DNA of 64,000 bases from an uncultured Pseudomonadota bacterium. GTDB lineage: Bacteria; Babelota; Babeliae; Babelales; Vermiphilaceae. The stretch lies in NCBI GenBank assembly GCA_964636815.1, contig CAZWTF010000006.1, forward strand, positions 8,461-72,460. The letters are read 5' to 3'. This document shows positions 1-8,372 of this stretch, one piece after another; position 1 is the first letter of the stretch, and each line of letters begins with the position of its first letter. The notes under the pieces were generated by a model that made no database searches, was not told the origin of the DNA, and saw only the letters and a program-made list of their open reading frames with translations. Both the position numbers and the translations under genes were made by a program.

Positions 1-1034
1 CCCGATTGTTTGGTTGGTTCTTCTACTTTTTTGTTGAAGGGTATTCGCCGTTTGTGGTGAGTGTTTTTTGGGCGTTGGCTAACTCTGTAAGTAGCCCCGC
101 TGAGGCAAAAAAGAATTATGGTTATATGGTAGCAGGCTCAAAGTTTGGTGGCATGGTTGCTGCAGCATTAGCTTGGTATATTTTTGGACTGAGTGCTCAA
201 TTAGTCAATCCGTATTTAACGCATGTTGAAGCGCATCAATTAATTTTAGTTGTTTCCACGCTGTTTTTGGCATTAGTTCCCATTGCTACTTTGCTTTTTA
301 TAAAAAAGGTTCCGGCTCATATGATGCATGGATACGAAGCAGCTTACAAGCTTGAAGCAGAGGAAAAAACTAATGTTCCCAAGCCAAGTATGTTTGCTGG
401 TCTTGAGATGTTTATTAGATATCCGTATGTGCTTGGTATTTTTGGAATGGTCTTTTTTTATGAGATTATTTCAACCGTGTTGAGTTATTTACGCTTAGGG
501 GTTGCGGAAGCGGGTGCAGGTTCTATTTCTGATGTTTCCAGAGTGTTGTTTGAAATAGCATTTAAAGCTCATTTTGTTGGGTTAGTTATTTCACTTGTTG
601 GTACACAGACATTGCTTGCCCGTCTTGGGACACGTATTTGCTTAATGCTGATTCCGTTATCTATGGGAGCTACTTTATTTTATATTATTTTTGAAACTTC
701 CCCGGAAGCATTACGAAATGCATTGGTGGTGTTTACTGCATTAAATTACGCATTTCTTGCTCCTGTTAGAGAGAGCTTGTATCTTCCGACAATTAAAGAG
801 ATTAAGTTTAAGTCAAAATCATGGATTGATGCCTTTGGTAGTAAATTTGCCAAAACAGCAGGTTCTATGTTTAATGTTTTTGCTTCAACAATGGGCGAGA
901 CATTTGTGTTGCCAGTGCACTCTTTTTTCTTTGCCATGACAATTGGATTGTGGTTTGGGGTAACCTTTTTGTTAGGGCGACGCTTTGAACAGGCAATTAG
1001 TAAAAATGAGGTTATTGGAGCTGAAGAAAAGTAA
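1..1034 (+). CDS. Nucleotide (ATP/ADP) translocase, NTT/Tlc family, 5'-truncated by the window edge
   Basis: The frame of ORF 6..1034 is open to base 1. It encodes about 340 aa of polytopic membrane protein. The block FWALANSV..PAEAKKNYG and the helix layout match my recollection of Chlamydia/Rickettsia Npt/Tlc carriers. Confidence 0.65.
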   Translation, partial: RLFGWFFYFFVEGYSPFVVSVFWALANSVSSPAEAKKNYGYMVAGSKFGGMVAAALAWYIFGLSAQLVNPYLTHVEAHQLILVVSTLFLALVPIATLLFIKKVPAHMMHGYEAAYKLEAEEKTNVPKPSMFAGLEMFIRYPYVLGIFGMVFFYEIISTVLSYLRLGVAEAGAGSISDVSRVLFEIAFKAHFVGLVISLVGTQTLLARLGTRICLMLIPLSMGATLFYIIFETSPEALRNALVVFTALNYAFLAPVRESLYLPTIKEIKFKSKSWIDAFGSKFAKTAGSMFNVFASTMGETFVLPVHSFFFAMTIGLWFGVTFLLGRRFEQAISKNEVIGAEEK

Positions 1035-1169
1035 AATAAACTAGGCTTTTGTTGCTCTTAATAGGTTTCTTGGTTGAAGTGGGATAGAAGTTGGGGTTAA
1101 ATTTATTGCATTTTTTTCTTGTTTTGTTACACTTTCTATGAATGAAATAAAAGTATAAAGGATGTTTGG

Positions 1170-1985
1170 ATGAGAGATTTTAAAGGATTGTTCGGAGAAT
1201 TGGTAAAAGCAGGCGTTCATTTTGGTCATCAAAAATCACGTTGGTGTCCTAAAATGGAGCAATATATTTGGGGCTACAAAAATAAGGTGCATTTGATTGA
1301 TGTTTCCAAAACTGCTTTCCAGTTGGACAAATCAGAGAAATTCTTAGAGTCAGTAGCTGCTGAAGGTGGAACTGTTTTATGGGTTGGCACTAAAAAAGCT
1401 GCAGCAGACATTATTGAAAACGTTGGTCGTAGATTAACTCAGCCTTATGTGAATCACAGATGGTTGGGTGGAACATTGCTTAACTTTAGCCAAGTTAAAA
1501 AATCTTTAACAAGATTACTTCATTATGAAGATATTTTGGCAAAATCTGAAAGCAACCCTTTCTACACTAAAAAAGAACTTAATCTATACAGAAAAACAGC
1601 GGACAAACTTGAAAAAACAGTTGGTGGCATTAGAAAGTTAGCATTACCAATCAGCGCGATTGTTATTGTTGATGTAACTAAAGAACAATCAGCAGTTAAA
1701 GAAGCAGTTTTAATGGGCGTTCCTGTAGTTGGTATTGTTGATACAAACTCAGATCCTTCATTAGTTGATTATGTAATTCCTGCTAACGATGATTCTCCGC
1801 AATCAATTGGTTTGGTTTTAGGTTACCTTGCTGATGCAGTTGCTCGTGGTAAAGAAAAAGCAGCTCAAAGCGCAAAAAGTGCGAGCGAAGCTCAAATTAC
1901 CAAAAAAGGCACTAAGGAGCAGGCAGCTGTAGACGCTCCAAGTGATGTTGAAATTGCATTACAACAGTTGGATGCACAAGAATAA
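1170..1985 (+). CDS. rpsB: 30S ribosomal protein S2
   Basis: GVHFGHQKSRWCPKM near the N-terminus and IVDTNSDP are typical uS2 blocks. Length is 271 aa. Confidence 0.9.
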   Translation: MRDFKGLFGELVKAGVHFGHQKSRWCPKMEQYIWGYKNKVHLIDVSKTAFQLDKSEKFLESVAAEGGTVLWVGTKKAAADIIENVGRRLTQPYVNHRWLGGTLLNFSQVKKSLTRLLHYEDILAKSESNPFYTKKELNLYRKTADKLEKTVGGIRKLALPISAIVIVDVTKEQSAVKEAVLMGVPVVGIVDTNSDPSLVDYVIPANDDSPQSIGLVLGYLADAVARGKEKAAQSAKSASEAQITKKGTKEQAAVDAPSDVEIALQQLDAQE

Positions 1986-1995
1986 TTTCTCATCC

Positions 1996-2087
1996 GGAGA
2001 GATGTCTGAGTGGTTGAAGGAGCATGATTGGAAATCATGTATGTTTCGAAAGGGGCATCGAGGGTTCGAATCCCTCTCTCTCCACCA
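1996..2087 (+). tRNA. tRNA-Ser (anticodon GGA), encoded CCA
   Basis: Acceptor stem GGAGAGA/TCTCTCC. Anticodon stem CATGA/TCATG with loop TTGGAAA. Long variable arm. T-loop GGTTCGAATCC. Ends in CCA. Confidence 0.9.
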
Positions 2088-2189
2088 GCTTTTGTTGTAG
2101 CACAGCTTTGTCTGGTTACGTTGCGGTTTGAAATTTAAATAAGATATGTACCAAGTAATTTTTAATAAATTATTTGGATAATAAAATAT

Positions 2190-2277
2190 GGGAAAGTAGA
2201 TAAAGAGATAGAGTGCATAATCTGTCAGGTCTGAAAAGAAGCAGCAGGTGTATTCAGTTTCTTGTAGATACTTTCCC
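2190..2277 (+). ncRNA. ffs: Signal recognition particle RNA (small 4.5S-type SRP RNA); ends approximate
   Basis: Contains GTCAGGTC-T-GAAA-A-GAAGCAGC, the conserved SRP domain IV motif with a GNRA tetraloop (E. coli has GUCAGGUCCGGAAGGAAGCAGC). It is closed by a terminal helix GGGAAAGTA/TACTTTCCC. It lies directly upstream of dnaX, a common ffs position. Confidence 0.8.
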
Positions 2278-2356
2278 ATTTTCATATAGCGTCCACCATA
2301 GTTTTGTTCTGGGTGGATCAGTTCTAAAAATTTATGTTGTTGTAGGTAAAGACCGA

Positions 2357-4129
2357 ATGAGCTCTGTTGTATTAAATTTAAGTCGAAAATGGCGATCACA
2401 AGATTTCGATCATATTGTTGGTCAAGATCTTGCCGTTCGTATTCTTAAAAATAGTCTTTATCTTGGTCATTATTTTCCTGTTTATTTATGTGCCGGACAA
2501 CGTGGTTGTGGTAAAACCTCAACAGCACGTGTTTTTGCGGCAGCGGTTAATTGTCATAATTTGCCGTTATTCCAAAAAGATCCTAAAAAACATTCTATTC
2601 CTTGTTTGGTATGTGAATCATGTGTTGCAATGAAAGAAGGAAATCATCCTGATTTTGTTGAAATTGATGCAGCTTCTCATACTGGTGTTGATAATATTCG
2701 TGCGGTGATTGAATCATCTTCATTGCTTCCAATTATGGGGCGTAAGCGTGTGTATCTTATTGATGAAGCGCACATGTTGAGCAAAGCGGCATTTAATGCT
2801 GCATTAAAAATTTTAGAAGAGCCACCGGCAACAGCGCTATTTATTTTAGCAACAACAAATCCTCATAAAATTATTGATACGGTGAGATCTCGTTGTTTTC
2901 AACTGTTTTTCACACCAATTCCTCATGAGACATTGAAAAACCATTTGATGTTCATTTGTAAACAAGAAAAAATTGCACATACAGAGCAAGCTCTTGATCT
3001 TATTGTTCGACATACTGAAGGATCTGCTCGTGATGCATTGAACTTATTAGAACAGATTAGATTTTCAAACTCCATAGTTAATAAAGAGGCGGTACTTGCA
3101 TTGCTTGGTCATATTGATGATCAGCAAGTTATGAATCTTATTCAATTAACGATGCAAGGTGAAGCTAAAGTTTTAGTCCAGTTGTTGCATTCATTGAATA
3201 TTGATAAACATAAAGCAGAATTTATTTGGCAGCGCATGGTTGTGTTGTTACGCGCTTTATTGTGGATTAAATATGACGTACAACCACATGAACTGATTGT
3301 ATCGGTTGCGTTGTTAGAAGCGAGTGCGCGTTGGTGCTCGTTACATGATATTCATCGCATGATTGAATCATTATATACACATGAAGAACTTTTCCTTAAA
3401 ACAACAATGCAGCATATCTTTTTGGAGATGATTTTGTTGAGCTTGTGTGCTAAAGACAGTAAAAAGAATGATAATGGTGATGGCTCTGCCCCATGTGCTT
3501 TAGCTATTCCTTCTTCTGATGGGCAAGAGCTTGATGATGAGTTCGAAGATGAAGAAGAGGGCGATGATAGCGAAGAAGAGGATGAAGCAATTGGTTATGA
3601 TCAAAAATGGTTAACGTTTGTTACAAAAGTTGCGTCTTTAAATGAGCATCTGGTGCATTCTGTTTTTAAACAAGCTCGTTTTATTGAATATGTTGCCGAT
3701 ACGAACCGTTTATCTATTGAGTTATCAAAAGATTTTGTTCTTTTTAAAGAGTGGTTAAATAGTACACAATCATTGTGGCAGCCATTATTAAAAGAACTTT
3801 TTTCAGTGAATGTAGTGCTTGATCTGCAATTTACTGGAACATCATCTAAAGTAGAAGTTCAAACTAAAAAATTTAAAAGTGAAGAAACTGTTGTTGCAAA
3901 ACCAGCAGCGAAACAGTTTACTCCATCTTCAGCAACTTCAGTCCGCACGAGCTCAAGCGATGGTGGATTTCGTGGTACTACCCGTTACAACAATCAAAAA
4001 ACAACAGTTACATCAGTGAATAAAAATGAACCACGCGTTGATGTGTCTGATGAAAACAGATGGAAAACTGCAGCTATGTTAATGCGTCATTTTCCGGGAA
4101 CTGTTACCGAAATACGTGAAAATCAATGA
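2357..4129 (+). CDS. dnaX: DNA polymerase III subunit gamma/tau
   Basis: Walker A GQRGCGKTS, Cys cluster CLVCESC, Walker B IDEAHML and sensor TVRSRC. ATG 2357 was chosen because the longer ORF start (2213) overlaps the SRP RNA. An acidic low-complexity linker follows domain III. Confidence 0.9.
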   Translation: MSSVVLNLSRKWRSQDFDHIVGQDLAVRILKNSLYLGHYFPVYLCAGQRGCGKTSTARVFAAAVNCHNLPLFQKDPKKHSIPCLVCESCVAMKEGNHPDFVEIDAASHTGVDNIRAVIESSSLLPIMGRKRVYLIDEAHMLSKAAFNAALKILEEPPATALFILATTNPHKIIDTVRSRCFQLFFTPIPHETLKNHLMFICKQEKIAHTEQALDLIVRHTEGSARDALNLLEQIRFSNSIVNKEAVLALLGHIDDQQVMNLIQLTMQGEAKVLVQLLHSLNIDKHKAEFIWQRMVVLLRALLWIKYDVQPHELIVSVALLEASARWCSLHDIHRMIESLYTHEELFLKTTMQHIFLEMILLSLCAKDSKKNDNGDGSAPCALAIPSSDGQELDDEFEDEEEGDDSEEEDEAIGYDQKWLTFVTKVASLNEHLVHSVFKQARFIEYVADTNRLSIELSKDFVLFKEWLNSTQSLWQPLLKELFSVNVVLDLQFTGTSSKVEVQTKKFKSEETVVAKPAAKQFTPSSATSVRTSSSDGGFRGTTRYNNQKTTVTSVNKNEPRVDVSDENRWKTAAMLMRHFPGTVTEIRENQ

Positions 4130-5445
4130 AAAAAATTAAACTTCCTCAAGTTGTCGTTGTTGGGCGTACCAACGTTGGCAAATCTACACTATTTAATCGT
4201 TTGTCTGAAAATGTAAAAGCTATTGCATTAGACCTTGAAGGTGTAACGCGTGACTTTTTAAGAGATACTATTGCATGGCAAGGGAGAAGTTTTGAGCTTA
4301 TTGATACTGGTGGTATCAGTTTGCGAAAAACACAAGATCCTATTTTAAGCCAATCGCGAGCTATTGCTTTATCAATGATTGAATCAGCAGACATTATTTT
4401 GTTTGTTGTTGATGGTAAAGCAGGTTTGGTGACTGAAGATCGTGAAATTGCGCAGTTGTTGCATAAACACGGTAAAACTGTGTTTTTAGTTGTTAACAAA
4501 ATTGACGTTAAGGATGCAGCGGAAAACATGTATGAATTTGAAGGTCTTGGTTTTCCAAAAAGTTGCTTTATCTCTGCTGCCCATGGGAAAAACATTGTTG
4601 ATCTTCTAGAGCTGATTGTTGCACATTTACCAGCACCTTTAATGGTTGAAGTTGAAGAGCCTGCATATAAGATTATGTTATTAGGTAAACCTAATGTTGG
4701 TAAATCATCATTAATGAATTTGTTGCTTGATAAAGATCGCGCAATTGTGTCTCCTGAAGCAGGAACAACTCGTGAAGCGCTTGCTGAGCGCGTTATGTTT
4801 TATCAAGAAGATATTCAACTTTCTGATACTCCTGGTGTGCGTAGAATGCGTTCTGTTACCGAGCCGCTTGAAGGTATGATGGTGCAGAGCACAATGCAAG
4901 CATTAAAAAATTCTGACATTGTGTTGTTGCTTATTGATGCAAGTGCAGAATCAGTTGTTGATCAGGAATTAAAACTTGCGTTTTATGCATTTGAAAGCCA
5001 ATATAAAGCGCTTATTATTCTATTTAATAAATATGATCTTGTTGATGAAGGAACTAAAGTTCGCTTTGATCATGCCTTGTCTGAATATGATTTCTTTTTA
5101 AAGAAGGTGATAACGATTAATATTTCTTGTAAAACAGGAAAAAATGTTGGCAGGATTTTGCCTGCAGTAAAAGAGGTATGGGACCGTTATTCGCGCAAAT
5201 TCAATCAAAATGAGCTGACGCAACTGTTTAAAGAAGCATCAGTGCGACGTCCGTTGTATCATAATAAAAATTTATTAATGTTTCATTCTGCTCATCAGAT
5301 AAACACAGCTCCAATTACGATTGTAATGCACGTAAATCAACCAACATGGTTTGGTAGTTCGCAACTTGCGTATTTCGAGAAAGTTTTGCGACAAGAATAT
5401 GATTTACGTGGTGTACCTGTTAAATTTATTGTGCGCGCAAGGTAA
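4126..5445 (+). CDS. der: Ribosome-biogenesis GTPase Der (EngA), double GTPase domain
   Basis: Two P-loops (GRTNVGKST, GKPNVGKSS), DTGG/DTPG and NKID/NKYD motifs, and a KH-like C-terminus. The ATG overlaps the dnaX stop (ATGA). Confidence 0.9.
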   Translation: MKKIKLPQVVVVGRTNVGKSTLFNRLSENVKAIALDLEGVTRDFLRDTIAWQGRSFELIDTGGISLRKTQDPILSQSRAIALSMIESADIILFVVDGKAGLVTEDREIAQLLHKHGKTVFLVVNKIDVKDAAENMYEFEGLGFPKSCFISAAHGKNIVDLLELIVAHLPAPLMVEVEEPAYKIMLLGKPNVGKSSLMNLLLDKDRAIVSPEAGTTREALAERVMFYQEDIQLSDTPGVRRMRSVTEPLEGMMVQSTMQALKNSDIVLLLIDASAESVVDQELKLAFYAFESQYKALIILFNKYDLVDEGTKVRFDHALSEYDFFLKKVITINISCKTGKNVGRILPAVKEVWDRYSRKFNQNELTQLFKEASVRRPLYHNKNLLMFHSAHQINTAPITIVMHVNQPTWFGSSQLAYFEKVLRQEYDLRGVPVKFIVRAR

Positions 5446-5477
5446 TATGTTTTATTGTATGTAAAAAAGGGCATACA

Positions 5478-5828
5478 ATGAATAAACGTATTGTTTTTCG
5501 TAACATGGATCATTCTGACGTGATGGAAGAGTACGCAAATGGTCAACTTGAACGTATCATTGAGTTTTTACAAGATGATCGTGGACCAGTTTTTATTGAC
5601 CTTTATCTTGAACCAAGTCGTGTTCACCGTCATCATCGTGTTGAACTGCATGTCAAAAGTGCTGACTATAATTTGAATTCATCATATGAGCATGAAGGCA
5701 TGGATTTTTATGCTACGCTTGATCGTGTGATTGATACTATGTATCGTTTGTTGTGTGAAGAAAAGCGTCGACATCAAGATGAAAAGAAAAGCTGTGGTCG
5801 TCATGATGAGTTTAAAAAACAGCGATAA
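5478..5828 (+). CDS. hpf: Ribosome hibernation promoting factor / RaiA family (short form)
   Basis: 116 aa. The layout I.FRNMDHSD..EEYA...LERI and HHRVELHVKS....EHEDMDFYATLDRV parallels HPF/YfiA proteins. Confidence 0.7.
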   Translation: MNKRIVFRNMDHSDVMEEYANGQLERIIEFLQDDRGPVFIDLYLEPSRVHRHHRVELHVKSADYNLNSSYEHEGMDFYATLDRVIDTMYRLLCEEKRRHQDEKKSCGRHDEFKKQR

Positions 5829-6764
5829 TTAGAACAGATTAAATTGTGTGTCAGCGTATTGCAGTGTCTTAAAAGATAATAGCAATGTGCTGCTGATACA
5901 CAATATTCCAAGAAAAGTACATAAAGCGCGAAGGTTTTTTGATTGAACCTTCGTGCTTTTTTTTATATAAAACAACCCAGAAAATAGTGTGCAGACGCAT
6001 GCCATGATTAGTGTGATCAATGGTGTGCTGATTGCGTATATGTACATCAATACGTATGCCATGATTGTTATTGCACAGAGCGATATAATAATTTCAAGCC
6101 ATTCCTTTATTTTAATCTGTTTTTGTAGATCTTCTTTAAAGAAATAGAAAAAAGCTATTAGTACACTCAAAATAAACAGTAAGAGTGCAAAATATCTTTT
6201 ATGATCATTGCGCAGAGATCTTATAATAAGGCGTATCATGTGGAAAGTCATAAAGCTATAATGTTCGATGATTGTTATTTTGCGTGTTTTTTGTATTGGT
6301 TCATATTCGTCGATTGTTGTTATGGCATCGATCATTTCATTGATCTGTGATGGTGCTGCAGTGAAAGCTAGAGGAAACTGTAAATGATTTATTTTTTTGT
6401 CTGCGTGACGATAGTAGCTGCAATAGAGGTATGCTGAGTGAGCACTTTTATTTTTTGTGGTTGCGTACAAACTGATTATAAAATCTTCATTAAAAATTTG
6501 TTTTGCTTCTTTAAATGATGAATCATAATGGGCAACAGTAAGTTTATTTGCTTTCCATGGCGATAGGGTGATGTTTGGATTGTCGATTGAGCAGGTAATA
6601 AAATCTTTGTAGATAAAATCTTTTTTTGGAATGGTAAAGCTGATTGTTATTTCTTTGGTGGAAGCGTCGACTTTTGTGTTTGTAAAGGAGATAAGCCTTG
6701 GCGTTTGTTTTCCAAGGCTTATGGTAAAAAATGCTAGCAATAATATTGTTTTATTTAACCGCAT
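5829..6764 (-). CDS. Membrane protein with a periplasmic DsbD-alpha/DsbC-N-like domain followed by several TM helices
   Basis: Signal peptide, then ITISFTIPKKDFIYKDFITCSI resembling the thiol:disulfide interchange N-terminal domain, then 3-4 hydrophobic helices. It overlaps the upstream peroxiredoxin gene by 14 nt. Confidence 0.4.
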   Translation of the reverse strand: MRLNKTILLLAFFTISLGKQTPRLISFTNTKVDASTKEITISFTIPKKDFIYKDFITCSIDNPNITLSPWKANKLTVAHYDSSFKEAKQIFNEDFIISLYATTKNKSAHSAYLYCSYYRHADKKINHLQFPLAFTAAPSQINEMIDAITTIDEYEPIQKTRKITIIEHYSFMTFHMIRLIIRSLRNDHKRYFALLLFILSVLIAFFYFFKEDLQKQIKIKEWLEIIISLCAITIMAYVLMYIYAISTPLITLIMACVCTLFSGLFYIKKSTKVQSKNLRALCTFLGILCISSTLLLSFKTLQYADTQFNLF

Positions 6765-7278
6765 TAAATGTATCTAATATTTGTTGCGCGTGATCTTTTG
6801 TATCAACTTGTTTAATAATTCCCACAATCAAACCATATTCATTAACTAAAAAAGTCCAACGTTTAGGAAGGCCGAATAGCCACCACCACCATCCTTTGTT
6901 AACACCATAATCTTTGAACGTTTGTTTTGTTGCAACGAGGAGTGTAAAGGGAAGATGCTTTTTTGCAATAAATTTTTGTTTGCTTTTGACTGACCCTTTA
7001 CTCAAACCAAGAACGGTAATACCAGCATCTGTTAAGGTTGCATAATCATCACGTAAGCTGCACGCTTGCTCTGAACATCCCGGGGTATTATCTTTTGGGT
7101 AAAAATAAAGTGCTATTTTTTCACCTTTAAAATTATCAAGAGTTACGGTTTCACCATCTTGGTTAACTAATGAAAAATTGGGAGCTCTATTACCAATTTG
7201 CAGCTCTTTAGCTGAACAAGTGCAATGGAGTACTGTAAAGCAGATGAGGGCAGTGAATAATAATACGAATGCTTTCAT
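6751..7278 (-). CDS. bcp: Peroxiredoxin, Bcp/PrxQ type, with signal peptide
   Basis: ALYFYPKDNTPGCSEQAC contains the peroxidatic Cys motif. The N-terminus is hydrophobic and suggests export. Confidence 0.8.
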   Translation of the reverse strand: MKAFVLLFTALICFTVLHCTCSAKELQIGNRAPNFSLVNQDGETVTLDNFKGEKIALYFYPKDNTPGCSEQACSLRDDYATLTDAGITVLGLSKGSVKSKQKFIAKKHLPFTLLVATKQTFKDYGVNKGWWWWLFGLPKRWTFLVNEYGLIVGIIKQVDTKDHAQQILDTFNAVK

Positions 7279-7327
7279 AGAATTTCCTTTGGTTTTTTAT
7301 AGTGATGTTTTATGTATTATACCAAGT

Positions 7328-8260
7328 TTAGGTTGTTTTGACTTCAGTGATTTTTACATTGCCCTTAATGGTGTGTAATGCAATTGTTGCCTCGCCAGAT
7401 CCAATGGTTCCATCTACTTCTTTTTTAAATTTATTCCATGCAAAGCTATTGAGTTGTGTTGCATACGGTTTGAGGGTAATAACATGGTCAGAAAGGAGTG
7501 TGCCATGAGTTGTATGTCCACGGATTTCGGCATTGGTATTAGTTGGTAGAGCGAGTGTGATATTTCCAGACGTTGTTTTTAAATCAATAGCACTTGTTGA
7601 AGGAAGTTTTTTATATGCAACGGTTACTTTTCCAGATGTCGAATATGCGTTAAAGCTGTGTGTGATATTTCCTGCATTGATATTGCCTTGATGCGTATGC
7701 ACATTCACAGGTCCCATGGCATTTGTAATTTGAATGTTTCCCTTTTTAAGGGTGCGAGCTGATACCGGCTTTTTGCTGTTGATGAGAGTAATATTATCAT
7801 TGGTAACAATAGTAATAGCTCCATGAACATTTTTTATAGAAGCATCACCATGTTCTAGTATATTAAGCGTAATATCAAGAGATGCGGGAATAATGAGTTC
7901 ATATTCAACTAACCCGTTTAATTTTGGATTAATATGTTTTGTGGTAATTGCAAGATGATTGTTCTGACTTGCATCAAGAACAACTTTAATCTGTTGTAAA
8001 TCTTCTTCTTTTTTTGCACGTTTTGTTGTTTTAAGGAGTATTGAATTTTTTTTCCATGTTGTAATAGTAACTGGTCCATTAATATTATTGATAGTGACAT
8101 TATTAATAGATGTTGCGGATAGTTCGCGCTGATCAATTTTCTCAAGTTTATAGTTGTTTAAAAATGAAGTTATTTTTGCAAAGGGTGATTGTTTATCTGA
8201 TGAGGCAATGATTGGAGAAGTGAAGGTAGAAAAAAGCATTATATACACTATTTTATTCAT
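7328..8260 (-). CDS. Secreted repetitive beta-rich protein, DUF4097-like putative adhesin
   Basis: Signal peptide plus repeated G(N/P)(I/V)x(I/V) segments (GPVTITT, GNIQITN, GNINAGN, GNITLAL, GNVKITE), as in DUF4097 proteins. Confidence 0.45.
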   Translation of the reverse strand: MNKIVYIMLFSTFTSPIIASSDKQSPFAKITSFLNNYKLEKIDQRELSATSINNVTINNINGPVTITTWKKNSILLKTTKRAKKEEDLQQIKVVLDASQNNHLAITTKHINPKLNGLVEYELIIPASLDITLNILEHGDASIKNVHGAITIVTNDNITLINSKKPVSARTLKKGNIQITNAMGPVNVHTHQGNINAGNITHSFNAYSTSGKVTVAYKKLPSTSAIDLKTTSGNITLALPTNTNAEIRGHTTHGTLLSDHVITLKPYATQLNSFAWNKFKKEVDGTIGSGEATIALHTIKGNVKITEVKTT

Positions 8261-8372
8261 TAGTTATCCTTTTATATGCGTGCCTGTCATATGAAGCCTT
8301 GGCGTAGTAGGATAGCATACAAAAAATGTTGTACTAATTCAAAGAACAGTAGGATGAAATCAGGAGATAAAG

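Noticed and set aside
1035-1169. GTTGGGGTTAAATTTATTG after the NTT gene as another family 1 repeat copy
   Set aside because: Only the GGGGTTA tail is similar. No CCCCAAT/ATTGGGG hairpin partner is present.
1959-2399. 146-aa minus-strand ORF, and the 2213..2356 extension of dnaX
   Set aside because: Both overlap tRNA-Ser and the SRP RNA. They have low-complexity AT-rich translations and no start context.
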